DNA of 64,000 nucleotides from a bacterium (GTDB lineage: Bacteria > Patescibacteriota > Minisyncoccia > Phycocordibacterales > UBA9973), in NCBI GenBank assembly GCA_021824345.1, contig JAKAKW010000002.1:86552-150551 (forward strand), in the 5' to 3' direction. Numbering within the stretch: the stretch's first letter is position 1; the number at the start of each line of letters is the position of its first letter. The translations under genes and the position numbers were made by a program. The notes under the pieces were generated by a model that saw only the letters and a program-made list of their open reading frames with translations, searched no databases and was not told where the DNA came from. Positions 58,363 to 64,000 of the stretch are shown one piece after another.

Positions 58363-58809
58363 TCAATAATCTTTCAAGGTTCTGCGAAGCTCCCGCTCGG
58401 TTTCCCGCTTCTTTATAGTCTCGCGCTTGTCGCGCTTCTTTTTTCCGCGCACCACGGCCATCCCGAGTTTGATCTTCTTGCCTTTATTATACACTGCCAA
58501 AGGCACTATTGTCAAACTTTTGTCCTTTTCGCCGGAGGCCAATTCCATAATCTCTTTCCTGGTGAGAAGAAGCTTTCGGTTGCGCAGAGGATCATAATCG
58601 GCCCCGGCGTTTTTCGGCTGGAAAGGAGTAATGTTCGCGTTTATCAGAAACGCCTCGCCTCCGCGGACAATGACGAAAGAGCCGTCCAGGGACATTTTGC
58701 CCTCGCGGACAGATTTCGCTTCCATGCCTGAGAGCTCAATACCCGCCTCGTATTTATCAAGCATCTCGTATTCAAAGCGCGCTTTTCTGTTTTCCGCATA
58801 ATTTGCCAT
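58363..58809 (-). CDS. smpB: SsrA-binding protein
   Basis: NRKARFEY..YEAGIEL.G.E.KS, RKLLL, GKK..DKR. Confidence 0.97.
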   Translation of the reverse strand: MANYAENRKARFEYEMLDKYEAGIELSGMEAKSVREGKMSLDGSFVIVRGGEAFLINANITPFQPKNAGADYDPLRNRKLLLTRKEIMELASGEKDKSLTIVPLAVYNKGKKIKLGMAVVRGKKKRDKRETIKKRETERELRRTLKDY

Positions 58810-58831
58810 ACGTCAATTCTAGCACATAGTA

Positions 58832-58947
58832 AAGCCGGAGAAGATATAAATTTATGCGATGGTTTGGCCGAGCTTCCAGCTCCGCAGGAGCAAAATTTTG
58901 GCGAGGAGAGCCGAGGACCTCGCGGAAATTTATATCTTTTCCGGCTT
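58832..58947. repeat. Intergenic fold-back element E5 between divergent smpB and ftsH promoters
   Basis: 22-bp IR AAGCCGGAGAAGATATAAATTT/AAATTTATATCTTTTCCGGCTT (one G.T); core begins GGTTTGGCCGAGC. Confidence 0.8.
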
Positions 58948-58988
58948 CTTTAATTTCATTCGGGGCGTTTTCATGCTATACTCGCAGA

Positions 58989-61900
58989 ATGGATTTCAAT
59001 CTTAGAAACAGCCAGGAGCCGAAAATGAAAGGAAAAAAACCTCCGGAAAGAGGTCCTGGTTTTGCTGGCAGCATCGCCTCGGTGATTCTTATCTTTATGA
59101 TAATCACCGCCATATATCTTTTGATTTCGGACGCTTCCCAGCCGGTTCCCGCCATTCCCATTTCCCAGGTTGCGGAAGATGTTTCTTCCGGCGCGGTGCA
59201 AAAGATAGAAGTGCAGGGGAACGATCTTACGGTCACTTACAAGGACAAGGAAGTGAAAAAATCAAAGAAAGAGACGGAAACTTCCTTAACCGACACTCTG
59301 TCAAACTACGGAGTGAGCAAGCAGGTGCTTGACGCCACCGAGATAGACATTCAAGAACCGGACGGATTCGGGTACTGGGCGATAAACATTCTGCCGTATC
59401 TTCTGCCCATTATCTTCATCGTGATTTTCTTCTGGTACATTTCCCGGCAGGTTAAAGGGGCCGGCATGCAGGCGTTCACCTTCGGCCAGTCCAAGGCGCG
59501 CATTACCGATCCTTCCGACAAGAACAATCGCATCACTTTCAAAGACGTGGCCGGATGCAAAGAAGCGAAAGAAGAACTGAAGGAAATTGTGGATTTTTTG
59601 AAAAACCCCAAAAAGTTCCTGGATATCGGAGCGCGCATACCCAAAGGAGTGATTCTTACGGGAGCGCCCGGAACCGGCAAGTGCGTCAATGGCGATACAT
59701 TGATACAAACATCCAAAGGCCTTGTTGCAATAGAAGATGTGCCGAAATACTTTTCAGTAAATTCAGATAATACAGTGGAAGGGTTAAGAGTGATAACTAT
59801 TGACCCGAAGAACGGGACTTTAAAAACCACGGATGCTTCGCATTGGTATTCTTTAGGGGAGCAAGAAACTGTTGCCATAAAGACGGAATCGGGAATGTTT
59901 TTGGAAGGTACGCCGGAACACCCTATCATCGTAGTTGATAAAGATACAGGCCATTTTGTTTTCAAAAAATTAGCTGATATAACAACCGACGACTGGTGCG
60001 TGGTGGGCTCCCGGACGGAGGTATTCGGAACGCATACAAAAATTCCAGGCCCGGAAACCGCTTATATACTTGGTGTTTTGACGGGTGACGGATGCATGAC
60101 CATTAAAGGCAGAATAGTTCTTTCCACTATTGATAAAGAGATTTTGAGCCGGGTGCAAGATAATGTTAAGAGATTGTTCGGCGAGGAGTTTTCAAAAATT
60201 TCCGCCCATAAATGCGATTATCAGCTTTCAAATAGCAAGGCAAAGAATGCGTTATTGTCTTTTGGACTTTCAGAAACATACGCGAAAAATAAGAGGATTC
60301 TTGAGTGGGTTCGTTTTGCTCCCAAAGAGCACATAAGCAATTTCCTGCAAGGATTGTTTGATACCGATGGCACGGTTGAAAAGAGCGGAAGCGTAAGTTT
60401 GTCCAGCGCCAGCGAACACTTAATAAGAGAAGTGCAATTTATGCTTCTTAATCTCGGCATAGTGACCAGAAGGTATGAGCGCCAGAAGAAATACAACAAT
60501 CAACTCCAATACTACATTGTTATTTATGGAGATTTTGTGCAGTCTTTTCAGAACCAAATAGGGTTTTCAGTTGTCAGGAAAAAAGAAAGATTGGAAAAAA
60601 TTTGCCTCAAACAGCGAAATACAAATGTAAATGTCATACCTTCGCAAGGCAAGTCTATTCACATGGTCTGGAAACAGGCGGTAGCCACCTCAGGAATGGT
60701 TTTTAATAGGGAATTTTATAATCAATCTATTTATAAAAATTTCAAACGATACGTTTCGGGAGAACGGATGCCTTCCCTTAAAGGGATGTCAATATTTCTC
60801 GAAGGAACATCTCGCATTTCACCGTATATAAACGAAATGCCCGAGGTGGCGCATTTGAAAAGCTTGTCTTCCGGTAATTTTTTCTTTAGTAAAATTGATT
60901 CCATTAGCCGAGGCAGGAACAAAGTATATGATCTTACTGTACCGGTAACCCATAATTTTTTGGCCAATGGATTTTTTAATCATAACACCATGCTGGCCAG
61001 GGCCATCGCGGGCGAAGCGAGCGTGCCCTTCTACCATCTTTCCGGTTCGGAATTCGTGGAAATGTTCGTGGGCGTGGGCGCCAGCCGGGTGCGGGATCTT
61101 TTCCGGGTGGCCAAGAAATCCGCTCCGGCCATAATATTCATTGATGAAATTGACGCCATCGGCAGAACCCGCGGAGGGGGATTCGGAGGAAGCAATGACG
61201 AACGCGAGCAGACCTTGAACCAAATTCTGGTGGAAATGGACGGCTTCGAGCCGAACGAGAAGCTGATCGTGATTGCGGCCACCAACCGGCCGGATGTTCT
61301 TGACCCTGCCTTAATACGTCCCGGACGCTTTGACCGCAAAGTGGTGCTGGATCTTCCGGATCGCAACGACCGCGAAGAAATTCTGAAAATTCACGCCCAG
61401 AAAAAGCCCTTGGCGGAAGATGTGAATCTGCATCTTGTCGCCGAGCGTACCCCGGGCTTTTCCGGCGCCGATCTTTACTCTTTAATGAATGAAGGCGCCA
61501 TTCTGGCCGCCCGGGAAAACCGCAAAAAAGTGTTCCAATTTGACCTGATCCGGGCGATTGAAAAAGTAATGCTGGGTCCGGAACGCAAAAGCCACCTGCT
61601 TTCCAAGAAAGAAAAAGAAATTACCGCCTATCATGAAGCCGGGCACGCTATCGTGGCCTCGGTATTGCCTCACGCGGATCCGGTGCACAAAGTTTCCATA
61701 ATCGCCCGCGGACGCGCCGGGGGATATACGCTTAAGCTTCCTCTGGAAGAACGTCGATTGCAATCTCGGAAAGAATTCATTGACGATATCGCCATGTCGC
61801 TCGGAGGATATGCCGCGGAAAAAATGATGTTTGGGGATATTACTACCGGACCGTCCAGCGATCTGCAGATGGCCACGAACCTAGCCCGGGCCATGGTCAC

Positions 61901-62219
61901 TCGCTTCGGCATGTCCGACAGCATCGGCCCGGTCACCTGGGCGGAAGGAGAAGGAAAGCCGGGCTGGGGAGAACTTCGGGAAGATTCCCGTTCGGAAAGC
62001 GTGGCCGCGAAGATTGACGATGAAGTTTCCAGAATCGTGAATGATGGCATAAAAACGGCGCAAAAAGTGCTGAAGGATCACAAGAAAGCCTTCACTGCCA
62101 TTGCCAAGAAGCTTATCGAAGTGGAAACTTTGGAACGGGACGAATATGAAAAAATTCTCATCGCCCACGGCATAGAGCTGAAAAAGAAGGACGAGCCGGA
62201 GGTGGTCATAGAAGGCTAA
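58989..62219 (+). CDS. ftsH: ATP-dependent zinc metalloprotease FtsH, intein-containing
   Basis: Two TM, FKDVAG, GAPGTGK-[intein]-TMLARA, FIDEID, SRH ATNRPD, HEAGH. Confidence 0.96.
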   Translation: MDFNLRNSQEPKMKGKKPPERGPGFAGSIASVILIFMIITAIYLLISDASQPVPAIPISQVAEDVSSGAVQKIEVQGNDLTVTYKDKEVKKSKKETETSLTDTLSNYGVSKQVLDATEIDIQEPDGFGYWAINILPYLLPIIFIVIFFWYISRQVKGAGMQAFTFGQSKARITDPSDKNNRITFKDVAGCKEAKEELKEIVDFLKNPKKFLDIGARIPKGVILTGAPGTGKCVNGDTLIQTSKGLVAIEDVPKYFSVNSDNTVEGLRVITIDPKNGTLKTTDASHWYSLGEQETVAIKTESGMFLEGTPEHPIIVVDKDTGHFVFKKLADITTDDWCVVGSRTEVFGTHTKIPGPETAYILGVLTGDGCMTIKGRIVLSTIDKEILSRVQDNVKRLFGEEFSKISAHKCDYQLSNSKAKNALLSFGLSETYAKNKRILEWVRFAPKEHISNFLQGLFDTDGTVEKSGSVSLSSASEHLIREVQFMLLNLGIVTRRYERQKKYNNQLQYYIVIYGDFVQSFQNQIGFSVVRKKERLEKICLKQRNTNVNVIPSQGKSIHMVWKQAVATSGMVFNREFYNQSIYKNFKRYVSGERMPSLKGMSIFLEGTSRISPYINEMPEVAHLKSLSSGNFFFSKIDSISRGRNKVYDLTVPVTHNFLANGFFNHNTMLARAIAGEASVPFYHLSGSEFVEMFVGVGASRVRDLFRVAKKSAPAIIFIDEIDAIGRTRGGGFGGSNDEREQTLNQILVEMDGFEPNEKLIVIAATNRPDVLDPALIRPGRFDRKVVLDLPDRNDREEILKIHAQKKPLAEDVNLHLVAERTPGFSGADLYSLMNEGAILAARENRKKVFQFDLIRAIEKVMLGPERKSHLLSKKEKEITAYHEAGHAIVASVLPHADPVHKVSIIARGRAGGYTLKLPLEERRLQSRKEFIDDIAMSLGGYAAEKMMFGDITTGPSSDLQMATNLARAMVTRFGMSDSIGPVTWAEGEGKPGWGELREDSRSESVAAKIDDEVSRIVNDGIKTAQKVLKDHKKAFTAIAKKLIEVETLERDEYEKILIAHGIELKKKDEPEVVIEG
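59682..60986 (+). mobile_element. Intein with LAGLIDADG homing endonuclease (435 aa)
   Basis: Starts CVNGDT, block B GTPEHP, LAGLIDADG helices [10 protein letters not shown] and [10 protein letters not shown], ends [18 protein letters not shown] followed by Thr. Confidence 0.95.
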
Positions 62220-62226
62220 AAATATC

Positions 62227-62888
62227 ATGGCAAAGCGTGAACTAAAAAAATTGCGATAGAGCTGAGACTTGCCGGACATAGCTACAGCCAGATCAGAGGA
62301 CAAGTAAAAGTAAGTAAAAGCACTTTAAGCTATTGGCTTGCGGATTATCCGTTGTCGGAAGAAAGAATAAGAAAACTCAGAGATAATAGTCCCATTAGAA
62401 TTGAGCACTACATAAATACCATGCGGGCAAAACGTGAAGCAAGGTTTGCTTCCGCCTATTCTGAAATTTCAAAAGTTTTAAAAAAGTTTTCTAAGAGAGA
62501 AATAATCATAGCAGGATTCTTTTTGTACTGGGCTGAAGGCAATAAGACAAGAAATGCTTCTTTCGGCCTTACTAATACCGATCCAAATATGTTGAAATTC
62601 TATATTAGATGGATGGAACTTTTAGGCGTAAAGAAAAGCCAGATGAAAGTGCACTTGCATCTTTATTCAGATATGAACATAGAAAAACAGAAAAAATTTT
62701 GGTCCGACACGCTTTCCATTCCTCTTTCTCAATTTCGAAAACCTTATATAAAAAATACCTGTTCTAGCTCCATAACTTATAAAAATGGATTTGGCCAAGG
62801 AACTTGTTCTGTCCTTGTGGAAGGCGCAAGGCTATCCGAAAAAATACTGATGGGAGTAAAATATGTGCAAGAAAATTCATTAATTTAA
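62227..62888 (+). pseudogene. HTH plus LAGLIDADG-like (LYWAEG) protein gene split by a -1 frameshift at an A7 run
   Basis: ATG 62227 frame stops at 62259; the -1 frame continues IAIELRLAGHSYSQI...VSKSTLSYWL (HTH) into LYWAEG.K...TNTDP to 62888. Confidence 0.7.
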
Positions 62889-62949
62889 AGCTTAAAGAAA
62901 AATTATACGGTTGCGATAAATAAATAAAAGAGTTAGGATAGGGCATATT

Positions 62950-63023
62950 CCGCCCGTAGCTCAGTTGGTAGAGCAAGCGACTTATACTCGCTGTTAGCCT
63001 TGGTTCGAGTCCAAGCGGGCGGA
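62950..63023 (+). tRNA. tRNA-Ile(TAT)
   Basis: Acceptor CCGCCCG/CGGGCGG-A, D arm GCTC/GAGC, anticodon arm AGCGA-CTTATAC-TCGCT, TTCGA T-loop. Confidence 0.9.
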
Positions 63024-63026
63024 CAA

Positions 63027-64000
63027 TCATTCAAAATGAAACTCCTTGGTTTTTTCTTCGGCGATTTTGCGGAGCAGGGGATGGCTTGAAAGCCCTTGAT
63101 CTTCGCCGATCAGCCGGACTGCTTCGGTTCTGGCCGCTTCCACCATCTTTAGATTTTTGATCGCTTCCATAGCAAGGTCCGAAACGCCCCATTGCTTTCC
63201 GCCGGAAAGTTCTCCGGCTCCGCGCAGGGACAGGTCCATTTCCGCCAGTTCGAATCCGCTTTTCGCGCTTTTTAGGGCGCGCAACCGGCTCATTGTCTTG
63301 TCCGATTTCGCTTCCGCGAATACGTAGCAGTACGCCTGATGGGTACTGCGCAAAACCCTTCCGCGCAATTGGTGCAATTGAGCCAGCCCGAAGCGTTCCG
63401 CTCCCTCAATGATTATCACCGTGGCGTTCGGAACGTTTACGCCCACTTCCACCACTGAAGTGGCGCAAAGAATGCGCAGTCGGCCTTCGGCAAAATCTTT
63501 CATCACTTCCTCTTTCTTCTGCTTGCCCATCTTGCTGTGCAATACTCCGATTTCATATTCCGGAAAGACTTCTTTTTTCAAACGCTTCGCTTCGGCTACG
63601 GCCGATTTCGCTTGCAAAGCCAGCTCCTTCGCCGGATCAGGCTCGAATATGCGCGGGCAGATGACGTAGGCTTGCCGGCCGGCCGAGAGTTCCTTGCGCA
63701 CTTTTTCATAGATGTTCTCCCGCTTGTCCGGCGATACGATTTCGGTGATGATTTCCTTCCGGCCGGCCGGCATCTCATCCAAGAGCGTCAGATCCAAATC
63801 TCCGTAAATGGTGAGGGCCAGGGTCCGGGGAATGGGAGTGGCGGTCATGGAAAGCAAGTGCGGAGCGGTTCCGTCTTTGCGCACCAGCTTGCGGCGCTGG
63901 GCCGTGCCGAAACGGTGCTGCTCGTCTATCACCGCAAAGGCCAGATTTTTAAACTTTACCGATTTTTGAATGAGGGCGTGAGTGCCGATGAGTATGGGAA
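63027..64000 (-). CDS. recG: ATP-dependent DNA helicase RecG (5' part outside window)
   Basis: DEQHRFG, MTATPIPRTL, QLHQLRGRV.R, DL.LRG.GE. Confidence 0.95.
   Translation of the reverse strand, partial: PILIGTHALIQKSVKFKNLAFAVIDEQHRFGTAQRRKLVRKDGTAPHLLSMTATPIPRTLALTIYGDLDLTLLDEMPAGRKEIITEIVSPDKRENIYEKVRKELSAGRQAYVICPRIFEPDPAKELALQAKSAVAEAKRLKKEVFPEYEIGVLHSKMGKQKKEEVMKDFAEGRLRILCATSVVEVGVNVPNATVIIIEGAERFGLAQLHQLRGRVLRSTHQAYCYVFAEAKSDKTMSRLRALKSAKSGFELAEMDLSLRGAGELSGGKQWGVSDLAMEAIKNLKMVEAARTEAVRLIGEDQGLSSHPLLRKIAEEKTKEFHFE

Noticed and set aside
58067-58418. Short ORFs spanning the smpB-tmRNA spacer
   Set aside because: They translate the repeat element and tmRNA; the same peptides appear in ORFs over E1, indicating a repeat artefact
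58854-58988. Extended N-terminus of FtsH given by the ORF track
   Set aside because: It translates fold-back element E5; ATG 58989 follows an extended -10 box and is the more plausible start
1-64000. CRISPR array
   Set aside because: No regularly spaced direct repeats and no cas genes were seen
1-64000. UGA recoding (genetic code 25)
   Set aside because: Conserved genes translate full length under code 11, and TGA ends genes at the expected positions (for example 12745 and 54252)

Overview
Chromosomal core region of a bacterium that looks like Patescibacteria/CPR, most likely Parcubacteria. The lineage call is inferred: rpmD is missing between rpsE and rplO, rplK is not followed by rplA, there is a tRNA-Ile(UAU), and several CPR-type hypothetical families are present. 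The window holds the str/S10/spc ribosomal cluster interrupted by several small inserted genes, secE-nusG-rplK, infC-rpmI-rplT, smpB plus tmRNA, three tRNAs, a CsoR-copper ATPase unit, a folate/thymidylate cluster, a VirB4/TraD-like ATPase, ftsH and a partial recG. The most unusual signals are: (1) a dispersed family of 110-160 nt intergenic fold-back elements whose terminal inverted repeats differ between copies while two copies share an identical 33-nt core; (2) a 435-aa LAGLIDADG intein in the FtsH Walker A motif; (3) endonuclease-like genes directly upstream of tRNA genes (two zinc-finger HNH genes before tRNA-His, and a frameshifted HTH/LAGLIDADG-like gene before tRNA-Ile(UAU)); (4) an orphan promoter-hairpin-terminator ncRNA candidate; (5) three tandem Cys-rich paralogs; (6) many apparently leaderless genes. 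No database searches were run, so all family calls rest on recognised motifs and gene context.
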